Made by a program: the position numbers and the translations under genes | Notes under the pieces: model-generated | The model's input: the letters and a program-made list of their open reading frames with translations, nothing else | The model's database searches: none | What the model was told of the DNA's origin: nothing | Part shown: one piece after another, positions 38,390 through 51,746 of the stretch | How the letters are laid out: each line of letters begins with the position of its first letter | How positions within the stretch are numbered: position 1 is the stretch's first letter | Assembly: GCA_017499595.2 (NCBI GenBank) | Contig: CM039007.1 | Coordinates: forward strand, 1,302,001-1,366,000 | Direction: 5' to 3' | Origin: Psilocybe cubensis | Taxonomy: Eukaryota | DNA length: 64,000 bases

Positions 38390-39824
38390 TGTCGTGAAAA
38401 GCAGCAAGGTAGCAGGAGCGAATAAGGGTTCGAAATTGATACTGAGAAGGTGAAATCGTGATGCTTCTGTGCCATTTCTCTGCGCGCTTTTATACGCTTG
38501 GCCGGCCCCTCTGTCTGTTATTGTGAACATCGTTGTGTCACGATTTGGGACCAATTGCTGCCTGGGGATGATTAATTACTTGACTTTCTAATCATGTATC
38601 AATCTTTACGGTGTCAAGATCGTCAATCTAGCCTGTGCGTACCGCCAAGGATGACTAATCTGCCTTTAATCCAAGTTCTTTCGACGAAAACACTTCTCCG
38701 TTTTAACAAGTGATTCAGTAACCCTATGCCCAATAAGAATCTCACTACATTCGAGTTCATATGGCGTCAACATACATTCTCATTAACCCGGCTTTTCCCG
38801 AACTTTCGATAGAAGTTAGTCAACAAACAGAGCAAATGTAGGCTTGATATTTACTTGATATAGGTCTTTTTTTGACACAAATTTTTGAATCATAAGCCTA
38901 TAGGTACGGATTTTCGCTTTTGGTTTCTTTTCCCGGTCCCTCTTACGACACGGATTCCATTAGCATTGTTAGTTACTTCTACCTTTGGCATACTTGGTGT
39001 ATTTATGGACATGCGTCGGTAAAGGAAGATCATCATACTATTTTTATAGCAATTTTTCTGCAGCCTGAGGCGCCCAGAAAACACAGTTTGCGTGAGCGAG
39101 GAATCCGTATGTCAGGATTTTAGACAAGTGATAAATTGTTAAAGGTGTTTATAATATGGAATTGCGAATCTTTCGCTTGGGAGTGGAACATGTTGATTTT
39201 TGAACTAATTCCAGGAGCTTCTTGACGCGATTGACATCAAAATTCAATGCTGTCAACTTACCGACTTCAATGAGATCAGTAGTAAATAAACAAAATGAGA
39301 AAAGATGGGCTAGCAAGACAACCTGTACGACGAAGATACTTGGCTGAACTTGAGTTCAGTCCATGCTCTGGCGTTTTAGCGGTCAAATACGGCTCTGAAA
39401 GGTCAAAGATTAAATGGTCTCACAGCTTATGACACTTTCTAAGCTTTGAATCCCCGCAGCACCCATTGATCTTCTGATTTCTCCACAGCACATGAGGACC
39501 TCTCTTGGTATTTGATGGATTGACCGGCGGTGCACAGCACTTTATGATATGATAGGTTATCCTGAACAAAACTCTGAACCGTCTACTGCGCGAATATGTA
39601 AAGCGCAGTCAAATCATCGCCGCCTTTCAGGAAGTAGATTGGCTCGTAAGCAATGCATAAAGCAATATATAAGCTAAAATACTCCCAACATCTGTCGGCC
39701 CAGGTATTTGTCCACACTCATTTGCGCTCTATTACTTGGCAAACCGTCAACGGTTAACGTTGACCGCAAAACATAAAAACGGCGTACATCGTCAATCACA
39801 CTTTACTATACTTTTCCAATCTTC

Positions 39825-41029
39825 ATGGCCAGCGCTCCGGCACCCATTGGTGGAACTGTATATCCAGGAGACTTCGGCCCATCTGTCTTATTTATGGTTC
39901 TCTATGCTGCCCTAGTTCCACTTATGCTATACCGGATGTTCGACCGTAGGTCTCGCACCATACTTCTGATAGGAACTGTAATGTTTTCAGCTGAGAGGTA
40001 TGTTTGATTCCCGTCAGAGTCATTCACTCGACATCACTCGACTCATTGGGGTTGTAGGGTCGCTATTTTTGCTCTAAGAACAATCCAGTCCCGCAGTGAG
40101 ACTCAGAGATTCGCATCTGGAATTGTAAGGTATATGCAAGTCAGCTTTGGTATGGGGTATCTAGGAATCGCAAATGATCTGGTTAGCCTCCTTCGGTGTA
40201 TGCTCGTGAATCCAACGTACGGCTCCGAAATGTACTTCCAATCTCCAGCGGCGGCTACAAAAGGAGGGACCTACTCTCCTCCCCCACCTGGAACACCCGA
40301 TGTACCAAGGCTGCGAGCAAGGCTTCGGAGATTGATGGCTTTCATGTCTTTGACCTTTTTTGCGGCCATCGTTCCTGGAATCATATCTAACTCCGGTTAC
40401 AGCCAGAATTTTCATAATCAAGATGCTGCAAACAGGAAATCGACCCTTCGGTCCGTATTACTACCAATGTAAGATCATGAACACTAACAACCTGCCAAAG
40501 GTTTGCGAGTGCTGCTATCAACTTGGCGCTATGCTTGACTATGGTACTTACAACTGTATGGAGCTTGAAGTGGTTTCCAAGTAACAGTAAACGCGAAACC
40601 GGAATCGTATTTACGGTAGCCAGTCTAATGGTAAATCCTTTATATCTGACTCTGCAAAATGTCGTTCATGTTGCATCTTAGGCTGTAATATCCATCTATC
40701 GGCTCTCCGTGAATCATTTTAAAGTTACATCGCTGGCTGGTCCAAGCCCATTGAATTCCAGTGGTGCTAAAGCAGCGTTTTATATTTTCCATGTTTTCCC
40801 AGAATGGGTGGCTAATACCATCCTACTCTTTCCCAATATTCGGAAGCTCTTTGGTACAGGCGCATGGGGCGACTTTAGGTTTAAAGATATGACCCCAGAC
40901 CAAGTGAGAAAATGGAATATTCAACAGGAGAAAAAGGAAAGAAAGAGAAAGGCGAGGTTGGAGATGCCAGGAGATGCTATCCCGTTGCAAGAGAAGGCCG
41001 AATGGGGATCAAATCAATCTCATGACTGA
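39825..41029 (+). CDS. Multi-pass membrane protein, RTA1-like
   Basis: Several hydrophobic helices; PSVLFMVLY, IYRL, KAAFYIFHVFPEW motifs; multi-exon. Confidence 0.6.
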
Positions 41030-41195
41030 GGTGAGCCACATTGTTTCCTACTCTTTAATCCGTTACTTATTGTACCGTATTCCTTTGCCATTACTGTCGC
41101 TAGTTTTATCTAGGTCTATATTTCTACGAATATTGCATAGATTAATTGATACGAGATGGAAAATGGTTATAATATAACTCGACGTTTTGGTCATA

Positions 41196-42991
41196 CTACA
41201 CGTTGGCTGTAGCAATATTGGCCTCGATATTCTGCAGGACATCATGGCAACCGGCCTCTAGTAGCTTTGATGCTGCACGGCTCTTCGAATAGACACTCAG
41301 CAGTACTTCGGCAAAATTCGAGGGTAGCGGGGAAGAAGAGTAATGTGTTTGATCCAACTTCAACCAGACTAAAGGTTTAAAGACATTATGAACGATGTGA
41401 CATAGTTAAAATGGGTGAATAACCTCACCGTTGTTATTCTCGGCAGAGTAAAAGGCCACAAACTTCATTGGATTGTCTTCTTTCATTCCGTGGTGCACCA
41501 GAGAGAAATCGACAATAACATCACTTCCTTTAAGGAACTCAAGTTCCCTGGAATCGGCAGGAGCCAGTCTACGAGAAGCTTCCAGTATGCGTTGTCCTGT
41601 AACATATTTCGCAAAAATCTTCCATTGCCCCAAATCGACAACCTCATTTAATATGCATTCGTAATGCTGGTTCTTATCATGAATGCGCCGGAGAATAGCG
41701 CGAGATTCGCTCAGCCGCTGTGTCCATAAATCAGCACCTAAAGCAAGGCAATAAACAAGAAAGCAAACCGGATCCGTAGTAGCTTCAATCTGAGGCATAA
41801 TATCGTCTGTAAGAGTCAGATATTCCTCGGCGTTGAAAACCCGCTGAGCTATATTCATTACACGATCTGCTTTTGAAAGACCATCGATAATCATGTAGTT
41901 AACGGCCTTGGCTGTGAGAGTGCGTCAGCACTTTTAAGGCTCATCAGTTACTAAAGAGAAATTGACCTACATATCACATTATTGTACACTTCCTTGTGCA
42001 ATCTAAAACGGGATATTGCGAGATTATAAATATAACTTGCTATATCGGCGTTGTAGCATATCTGGCTATCGATAACTCGGGAGGATTCAATGAGGCTGTA
42101 GATGGTGATGACATTATGATTAACACGGTCAACAATCCAATAATCATACCTTAATAATGAAAGCGATGTAGTATGCGAGCCTATCAAATGGTTATCTCGG
42201 CGAATATAATCATATCTGAGCTTTCAGTACTGTGGCATGCATTGTAGTTTTTTTACTGGCTCACTTATCGACATCAAACCCGTTTCTCCTATTCGCAACA
42301 ATGTCGAAGAAAAATCCTTTCTCACGAGGACTGGAGTCTTGTTCTTGATCAGTGACGTATGGGAAAGATGGCAGTCAGACCCACGTTCTCGAAGGATCGC
42401 CTGAAATCAAGGCCTTGATAAATTGCTGATCCTCCTTGGGCAAAGGAATGCGTTCCTCTTCAATGATGGCATCGAACATCATTTCGGAGCCTTCCTCATG
42501 GCTCCATCTGCTGCCTTTCCTGGTATGTTGTACGTTTAGAAGAATAAAAAACTGATCAATGATAAAAAGACGACATACAAAACAGATGGCATAAACAGAC
42601 CATCCCAGAGGTGGCTCCAAGGCCCATGACCGAGGTCATGGCAAAGTCCAGCGATTTCCACACAATTAACATCGCGGTCCGTTATGGATAATTCAGGTTG
42701 TGTTCTCTTCAGGTGCGAAGCCATTTTTCGTGCAAGACGAGAAACACCTGCGAAAATACTGATTAATAGCGAAAAATCAAGAGGAAATTTAGCCCACCTA
42801 ACGAATGATCGAATCTACTGTATGAGGTTTGCGGCCAACCGGCATAGTCTGTTGCCCCAAGCTGCTTGATATATTGCAACCGCCGAAACTGTCTCCTATG
42901 CATTAAATGTTAAATGTTATATGAGATCGAGAAACCTAGGAAGAGATATTTGAATAAAGTAAACTCACGAGTCAACAAACCTCTTGATCAT
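41196..42991 (-). CDS. HD-domain phosphohydrolase, SAMHD1/dNTP triphosphohydrolase-like (5' end uncertain)
   Basis: [88 protein letters not shown]. Confidence 0.85.
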
Positions 42992-43691
42992 GGTAGTATA
43001 AGAAAGCAATGACGACTTGCGAACAACGGCCACCTTCAATTTGCCGATTCGCAAGGTTCTGCGGAGAATAGAGCGGAGACGTAAAATGAATATCAACGAA
43101 TTGACAATTATAATATTTATGGATCAACAGGTTGCATAATAAGCGTTTTCATTGGACAAATAAGAAAAATGGCTATGACGTTCCCTGAAATATAGACGAG
43201 TTTTAGTGGTAGGCCCCCTCTCGATTTGAGAGGCAGGTTTTAGGAGAGCCTGGCAGATGGCGTGATGGCCGATACTTCACGTGCGTCGGAGTCTCGGAGA
43301 AAGTTAAAGTGTTGGTCAATTTAGTGACGTGCTTCAAGGCCTCAACGTCAACGTAAACTTCAACTTGCCCTTCTACCGTGACCGAGCTATATCTACCATT
43401 ACGAGGAAGTCTGGGAGGAACCTACAGCCACTCTCAGCCATATCTAGAGCTGTCAAACTTCAATCGAATTGCTGGTCCTTGGCATTGATCCTGATTCGTC
43501 CTTCCCACGAGTCCACGACCAATGCGTCACGTGTGAGAAAATAGACGACGGTTTCACGGACTCGCAACTTAAGCGTCGAGAGATTCAAATATTTAAACAT
43601 CGATCTTCTCACTCGACCCCATTTTCCTCTTTCTCATTGACCACCTTATATTCAAGACTCAATACTACTTAACCTTACTTGCATTGTTACC

Positions 43692-44903
43692 ATGGACCTA
43701 GGGCTTGAAGGTGTTCATGTACTAATCACCGGTTGGCCTCTATTTTTAAGACAATACCGTTTCTTTGTCACTGAATTGACATTTTAGGGGCTAGCGGAGG
43801 TATAGGCTTAGAGACTGCGGAATTGTTCTACGGTATCTACGAATTACATTCTCGTGATACAAATACACCAACTCACAGATAATCCTAGAACAAGGAGCCA
43901 TCGTCACGGCTCACTATAACAGCAATTTCAAGCCCCTCGAGTCATTTGTCGACTCACGGAGTCAAGCTATTAAGGCTGACCTAACAAAGGAAGAAGAGGT
44001 TATCGAGCTCTTCAAGTCTGCGACATATACCTACGGCCCTATTCAAATCCTAGTCATCAATCATGCTATCAGTGTCGTTGAGGATGCCGATGTGTGGGAG
44101 ATGTCCTATGACCGATGGAAGCACACCATCGACACCAACTTGAATTCATCTTTCCTTGTTGCGAGGGAATACATGAGACAGCTCAAAACTATGGCTCCTG
44201 ATCTGAAGGAGGAGGCGTGCATCATCTTAATTGGTAGTACAGCTGGGAAATATGGTTAGCAATACGTTTTTACTGCCCAATTTTTCCAAGTTTAATTACA
44301 TTTTAACTCACTTTGGTTTTGAATAGGCGAAGCTGGGCACGCTGATTACGCTGCTTCCAAAAGCGGTAATAATTGCATCCTTCAAAACGCGTTAAACGTA
44401 TTCACGAATGTGCAGCAATGATGTATGGTCTAACAATGTCGCTGAAAAATGAGATTGTCAAAATCGCGCCCAAAGGGCGAGTCAACTGCATAGGACCTGG
44501 CTGGGTCAGGACGGTAAGTTCGTGCTTTTTCAATGCATCATCTTTACAAACCGACTATTCTATGCAGGCCATGGCGACTGACTCATTAAAAAATCCTCAT
44601 GTCGCATATGCCGCACTTGCTACGTGAGTGCTTCACATCTTATGTCTGACTTCAACTTTTTTGATGCGTCGTGCACCAGAACACCTTTAAAAAAGATCGC
44701 TGAACCAAACGACATCGCAAATCAAATTCTGATATTGTCATCGAACAAAATCTCAGGGCACGTAACTGGTCAAGTCCTCATGATTGAAGGTGGTATGGAA
44801 GGTAATTAAGATTTTTTTTCTTATTCTGTGGAGAAGCCAAATTGATTTTTTTTTGCAAGGTCGGCTTCTCAACAAACCAGAAGATGTCGGTATCACTTTT
44901 TAG
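43692..44903 (+). CDS. Short-chain dehydrogenase/reductase
   Basis: MDLGLEGVHVLIT-GASGGIG, IGSTAG, DYAASKS (YxxxK), RVNCIGPGWVRT, VTGQVLMIEGG. Confidence 0.9.
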
Positions 44904-45203
44904 CAAATCAAAACAGGCACTGTAGCTAAGTACTGTTAAGCGTATCTGATTGCTCTGCCCGCCTGATTGACAAGATTTTCATCCTGTCCACAATAATGTA
45001 TTTAATGGGTATCAACAAGCTACGAATTTGGCTAACGTGAGTAGGACAAATCGATGGTATGTATCCGCAAAAAAAAAGCAAAACGAAAACAAAAAAGCCA
45101 AAGGCGGGCAACGAACAAAATATCTGATATACACGCCGCTTCTGCAGCTCAAAAATCAAAAAAAAAAAGTGACCTGTGATTTTCCGAATGTTGACTTCCT
45201 CGT

Positions 45204-48200
45204 TCAAATTGGCACTGTGCCTCTCAGTCTGATATCTCGGCTGCTAGCGCCAATGGAAACGCCGATCTTGCCTGCAGGTTTCGCCCATCCCTGGCGCTCA
45301 ACGTCCCATATTGATAGGTCGTATCGTGAGAGTGTAATGGTAACGGTGGTCTTCTGCCCAGGGGAAACTTCAACGTTCGTGAACCCTCTCAAGACAGAAG
45401 GCGGCTCTCCTGACGATGAAGGGAAGTTAATGTATAACTGAGGAATCTATTCAATAAAAATCGTCAGTACATTGAAGCAATGTTATCTCATAAACAGGGA
45501 CGAACATCTCCACCGAAGACAGATCCCGTGTTCTTGACTTGGAATTTAGCCTGGTATGCTGGTCGATGTAACCTGTGAACAGTTCAGTCTAGTACCAACC
45601 GAAAATTAAGTGAACCATAGCTTACCATAGAGCCCTTGAAGAACCTTCACCGATCAGTGTGGCATTGCCGTTCTCCCAGGCTTTGATCAAAGGCTGGTCT
45701 GCTGGAGTCGCTTCGGCTGCAATTTTGGATACGCTAAGACCACTATAAGCGAATGTCGTATAACTCAATCCAAATCCGAATTCGAATCGAGGAGTAATGT
45801 TGAACTACAGAAAAGGTGCTTAGCATTGATTTTTTAATCTGTAAAATTAGGCTCACCGAATCAAAGTGTCGGTAATCAATGTTCAACCTGCATCGCAAAA
45901 TTAAATAAATATTATACTAGAAAAGCGGGTCTCGCAATGGAAAAAACTTACCCTTCTGTGTATGGGATTGCGAGAACATCACGATTATTGCCACCAAGAT
46001 TAACCTGGGCAGGATAGTCGGAGACGCTCTTGGCAATAGTGTAAGGCAACCTTCCAGACGGATTCCAAGCACCGTAGAGCACGTCTACGAGGGCGTTGCC
46101 GACTTCAGTTCCTGGAAGTCCTGCCCATACCACAGCAGTCACGTTAGGGTGCTCAATCCATGGCTCGAGGATGAGAGGCCCAACGCTGTTCACGATGACG
46201 ATGGTGTTGTTGTTCTGAGCGGCTACTGCCTGAACCAAGGCATCACCTCCGTGCCAAGCTGTCAGGTTTTTACTACCATGGGGTCAATTTTCGACATCGT
46301 CTTGGGAAGATCTGAAGATACTGACCGGTCACCTTCATTTCCGTCAACAGTGATGTAGTCTTCTCCACTGTCAGAAACGAGGAAAACAAGAGCAGTCGTT
46401 CTCTTCTTCGCCATATTTCCAGCGCGAGGGAGGTTGAAGTCATCGAAGAACCAAGAAATACTGGAGTGGAACTCCCGGGCTTTCGATTGGATTGCATCGA
46501 GAGGCTAATAATAATGGGGTAAGAATTTCAAGTACATAAATGTAAAAAAGGCGACGTACGGTAACAAGGTACGTGAAATTGGCAGTTCCTGAACCCCAGC
46601 CCATGGCAAGGACACCATCAGAACCTCCCTTTACAATACAAAATCAGCATAATTGTTCTCGCTAAAGTATAAACATTCGCATACCTGATCAGAAAATTCA
46701 TTCGGACCTGCCTTTCCAGGGCCAGCACCGCTGCCAACCAGCACGATGCTTCTGTCCTTCTTACCAAGAGGTAGCGCGCCTCTCTCATTCTTGAGCAACA
46801 CTGCGCTGGCAGCGCCAATCTCTCTGACAATTTTATCGTGGTCATCCTGAACATCAATGCGTTCATTGGTTGCATCGTCGTCTGGGTTGAATGCGTTAAA
46901 GTTTGTCGCTGGGTATGATGGCTGGTCTTGTTTGAGGAGGTACCAGGACGCGAGGATACGCGTGGCCATATCGTCGACGCGGCTTTCAGGGATGGTTCCG
47001 TTGTTGACATAGTCCGTCAGATTGGGACCGAAGTACGAGGTCTCAGAGTTGAATGTGATATCTCCCGGCATTGTCATCTTTTGTTACGTTAGTTTGATAC
47101 TGGAAGTAAAGTGATAAGTTGGGGAGATTGAAACTCACATCCAGACCAGTTATGGCGGATATCGTGGTGTGTTGACTAGAATGAATAGAGTTATAGTTTA
47201 GCATTGCATTTTAATACATGTAGAGAAGCCACAATCAGTACTTACGCAGACCAATCGGACATAACAACTATACAAAACTGTTAGAAGCGGCATTCTTTAT
47301 CGTGAAAAGAAACAGGATCCTTACATCCTTGAAATCCGAACTCCCGTTTCAGTATGTCGTTCAGGACCTTATCGTTCTCGCAAGCATAGGTACCGTTGAG
47401 AAGATCTAAAACCAGGCAAATTCAGCACGAAATAGCAGGAAATAAGCGGAAAATTACACACTGTAGCTGCACATCACACTGCTAACACCAGCCATCACAC
47501 TTCTTAAGAATGGATGAGCATAAATTTCATGCATTGTCCTATCGTCAATATCAGAGCTCGATATGGTCCTGAAATGTTCCTGTTCGCTGTACAAGAAGAC
47601 CGTTTAGCAATTCTTATCTTTCTAAAAACAGTGCCATGGCAGGCCTCCGACCAAAAAAAAAGAGGTAATACTTACTTTCCAATGAAGTGTTTCGCGCACG
47701 CCTGAACACCTCCCTGTTGCATACCCAAAATGGTTTCGAATGCCGCTTCACCAGTCAGGAACGGGTCTGCTCCAAACCCTTCCCAATTTCGGCCTCCTTC
47801 GGCTAAACGTCCCATGTTCATCATGGGCCCTAATGCGATGTTGACTCCCTTTCCCTTGTGTTCCTGGCCCATGGCCAACCCACGCGCGCGAATTATCCGG
47901 CGATTGAAGCTACAAATTTTTACATTTTTAGAATTCTAATTTTCCTGTCCAAATATGAGGGGAAAGTTTAACGTACGTAGCTGCAGCATTGATACCAGCG
48001 GGGAACGCAGTAACAAAATCTCCGAAACGCACCCCGAGTGGTGAATCCTAACCGTACATTACTTAGCGACTAGAAACAATCTGCATAGAGAAATAACTAA
48101 CCTCCAAGCATAAACCTGGCCACCCACGACCTCGAGCGGGTTCTATGGCAGCAATGTTACCCTATTCGGATATGAAAGCAGAAGACAAGGTTTGCGCCAT

Positions 48201-49358
48201 TGATGAATGTAATAGAAATGATAGACCACGTACGACACAACGCCCACCCTGCCAGCCTACACCAGTGGTGACATTAACTTTTTCTTCTAATGTAAATCCA
48301 GCGACCTAACATCAATGAAAAGAGTTAGCTTCCGTAGATGACAAGGGTACCTCATTGAGGTCAAATGATGCGGAAGCGGAGCATATGTCGATAAATGGAC
48401 GGAGAACCATGTGTTGAAAATGAAGCATTTAGTCACACATTCGACGCCAATGACCCAGTACTCAAGGGAGTCATGTCTTGTCTCGCGGATATCTTCCAAA
48501 TGAGAGATACAGACATCCTAGGACCCAAGAGGGTTAAAAATTCCCTCGAGGATATCTCCCATATCGAGGTATACAGACATCGTCGCATCATCCACGCATG
48601 AAATAGTCAACCGGGACGTGTAGGAAAAAGGAAGCTGATGGCCAGACGACAGATTGTGGGTGAATGAATGGAGGGAGCTTATGAAGCTGCGATTACAATG
48701 ACAAGGATATTGATGGCCAAACGGGTGGACCACGAGAAGAAAAGCAAATCAACTCACTTTTGCCTTCGCCTTTGCATAAGCCGCCTTCCACGCAGGACCG
48801 AAGTCAGGTATAACGGTCAGACTGTCCTCCACCTATAATTTGTTTCCAACGTTCCCAAGGGTCGTCAGCAAGGTAAAAATAACAATTCGGCAGATTAATC
48901 AATGATGTCAGAAAAAAATTGGAAAGAGGGAGCGTGCTACTCACGTCGGGTGGGTTGCTGGGATCGACGGATGGGTATACGGGGGGCAAAGGAACATCAG
49001 AAGGTACGGGGAAAGGTGAGAATGTGTAGGATGTAATAGGGGGTATACTACGAGGCTCGGTGACTTGAGGTGTTGCAGCTGCTGAAGATGCAGAGATTGC
49101 TGAGCTGATCGATGACGGAGGCACAAGCTCCGACGTAACTGGCAATGACGCGGATGAAAAGAAGGAAGAGATAGATGCAGAAATATCTGGTGTGGTCGAA
49201 CTCAGAGGTGCCGTGGAAAGGGCAGAGCTGACTGTAGGGATGAGTACAGAAATGCTACTGAGTGCAACACTGGCGGAGCTGGGGTGCGCAGAATCCTGGG
49301 CCCAAACGTAGGGCAGCAGGAGAGCGCAACGCCAAAAGGCGGTGGACGTAGCGCGCAT
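45204..49358 (-). CDS. Secreted GH3 beta-glucosidase with Ser/Pro-rich N-terminal extension
   Basis: Signal peptide; [77 protein letters not shown], Fn3-like LRGF. Confidence 0.95.
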
Positions 49359-50983
49359 GGTTGAAGGAGGAGTTTATTGAAAGAGGACTAGCCTCGTTCG
49401 AGTTTAAAGCTCCTCAAGGCTTTCGTATGCCGTGTTATTTTAGGACGAGTAAACGTTATTTGCGACGTTACCTAATACGAGTGTCATTTTGGCCTCGAGC
49501 CCCATATATGTTGCCCATAACCACATGTTCTCCATCCCAACCTACGCGACTCCATGCCTCGGCACATCCATGCTGACCACTTTGTCTCGTGTTCATCCGA
49601 CGCGCATGGAGCTCTCGTCTTTTCGTTCACACCATTGTTGACACTTGTGACCGTCTGGTTGGATGATAACCGTCGAAGAAACACGAAAGACTACTTACAA
49701 GTAATGCCTCTGAAAGCAGTTTTCTTTCCGGATTTGTCAAGAAACGGTCCCAGAACACCGTGTACTTGATCTAAATGATCCACGGTACATTTTCCTCGTT
49801 TCTACGGCGGTATATGCCCTTGTTCTTAGACGCTGAAAATATCTCATCTGAGCGATAAAAAGGGATTCGCCATTGACAATGTTCCCCACCTTCTTTCTTC
49901 GGACCATCACCGACTATATCCGCTACCGCCCCGCAGTCTTGTCCTCATCCTCATCTCGCGTTGGGAAAACATTCGTTATGCGACAAACGGTTTCCACGGA
50001 ATATTGTACTCCTTCTTGCTCGGATGCGGACCGCACTTGCTCTTCTAGAAAACCAGATTTGCCAAAAATCTTCATGACACCACATTGCTCGACAGCATTT
50101 CATTCACTCCGGGAGAGAATCGCTAGCACCGTTCGAGTTATATCGAGCCAAATGTTAATAGAACGGCGTTGTCGTGGTCATAGGGTCTATCGTTTGCACA
50201 GATGTCGATGTCGATGCTTTCCCGCCATAGCCGTCCATACGAGAGTCCGAATTACTGTCCGTTTGTTGTCCGTCGTGTCGACCAGCAGATTGATTGTGTC
50301 GGACCGAGTCGGACGGATCGGAATGGAAGGATGACAAATATGCATGTCGCGTGACGTCATTATCGCAATCAACGGCCTATAGTCACCTTGTCCTTTCGAG
50401 TCGTCCCTAGGGATTGCTGGAAGGCACAAACGGTCAGTGTATGTGAAAGAGCATAATTATTTCTATGCTACACTGCAAAGTTTACGACGTTGATGCTGTT
50501 GTGCTATAATTGCTAATGTCAATTATGTGCCAATTCGAACTCGTTCAAGTCACCGGCCGGGAAGTTACAGTGACAACGTCATGGATTTCTACGACAGTGG
50601 CTCATTTACGAACTAAACAAGTTGCGTGGCTATCTCAGTCTACTTATTCTATGAACTGTGGAGAGGAAATTCATCTACGTGGTGCGGATACGGCGCTAAA
50701 GCGTCTGTGACACTAATGGCGATAGATGAATACAGTTATAAATTTATCTAAAGCACGAGAACACAGGTTGGTCGACATGGATGTTCTCTCTATGTTATTG
50801 AATTTGACCTAAGGATGTAAAAAACGACCCCGCAGAGCTTTAACAACACTAGAGGACCTTGGTGAAAGCCTAGATGGACTGACTATTTGAATGTTGTGCT
50901 AGCAATCACCGCCATGGCATCTACTAAAATCCAAGCTAAAACAAAAGCCGAATCTAATGTTCTCCCACTCTGACCATTGACTG

Positions 50984-50990
50984 TATAAAA
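50984..50990 (+). promoter_or_regulatory. TATA box of the small secreted protein gene
   Basis: TATAAAA about 70 bp upstream of ATG 51054. Confidence 0.5.
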
Positions 50991-51053
50991 TGCAAACATT
51001 TCTATCATATTCTATATTCTTCCGGAAGCCAACGTCTACTCTCCACATACACA

Positions 51054-51388
51054 ATGTTCAGACTGACCATCATTCTCACCTGCCTGGCAGCTCTCCTCCA
51101 AACCTCCATGGTGGCCTCTGCTCCCATTCCTGGTAACAATCTTATCTGTAAAACATACAACCGCTTTCCCTTTCACTGATGCTCCTCTGATATGACGTAG
51201 ATGAGTCAACGGGGGAGACAGACGCCATCCTTCCAGGATACGGTGACCATTTCTACGGCGATTTCGGTGGCCGAATTCGATATCCCCAGCTTAAGGGAGG
51301 AATTGAGCACACTGGCCTAGCCAACCTTGCAGATAATGTTGGAGATGCCCTGGCTTCTGTGGGTGCTGGCCTTGGAGGTCTGCTGTAA
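51054..51388 (+). CDS. Small secreted Gly-rich protein, 88 aa (not in the ORF track)
   Basis: Exons 51054-51132 and 51201-51388 joined by a GT-AG intron: MFRLTIILTCLAALLQTSMVASAPIP-DESTGETDAILPGYGDHFYGDFGGRIRYPQLKGGIEHTGLANLADNVGDALASVGAGLGGLL*. Confidence 0.8.
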
Positions 51389-51746
51389 AATTTCAGCGTA
51401 ATTGGCATCCTTGTACTATCAGTAACATCGTGAGCCCTTTTATTCTGAGGATTTCTGATGTAACTTAACGGATGGCTGGTTAAAAATCTTGGGCTTTATA
51501 TAGTAATCGCCATATCTGTATGCACTATTCAATCGCAATGTAATGCATATAGCTGTTGGTGTTAGACATAACTTGACTATTAGAGCGGCCAATGATGAAA
51601 GGCCAATGAGGGATAAGAGTGAATGGATCCTGATAATCTTGAACATATATTAAATGATGATATCAAGTTAATTGTGGCAATACTGTATGATAATACACCC
51701 GCCAGCTCGTAAAAGTCACAGACATCACGATTTGAGCACTCCATAC

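Noticed and set aside
16525-44903. A detoxification or secondary-metabolite gene cluster (MAPEG, peroxidase, oxidoreductases, DJ-1, RTA1-like, SDR)
   Set aside because: No backbone synthase, and the genes are interleaved with housekeeping COQ8, OPI3, UBE2S and an RRM gene.
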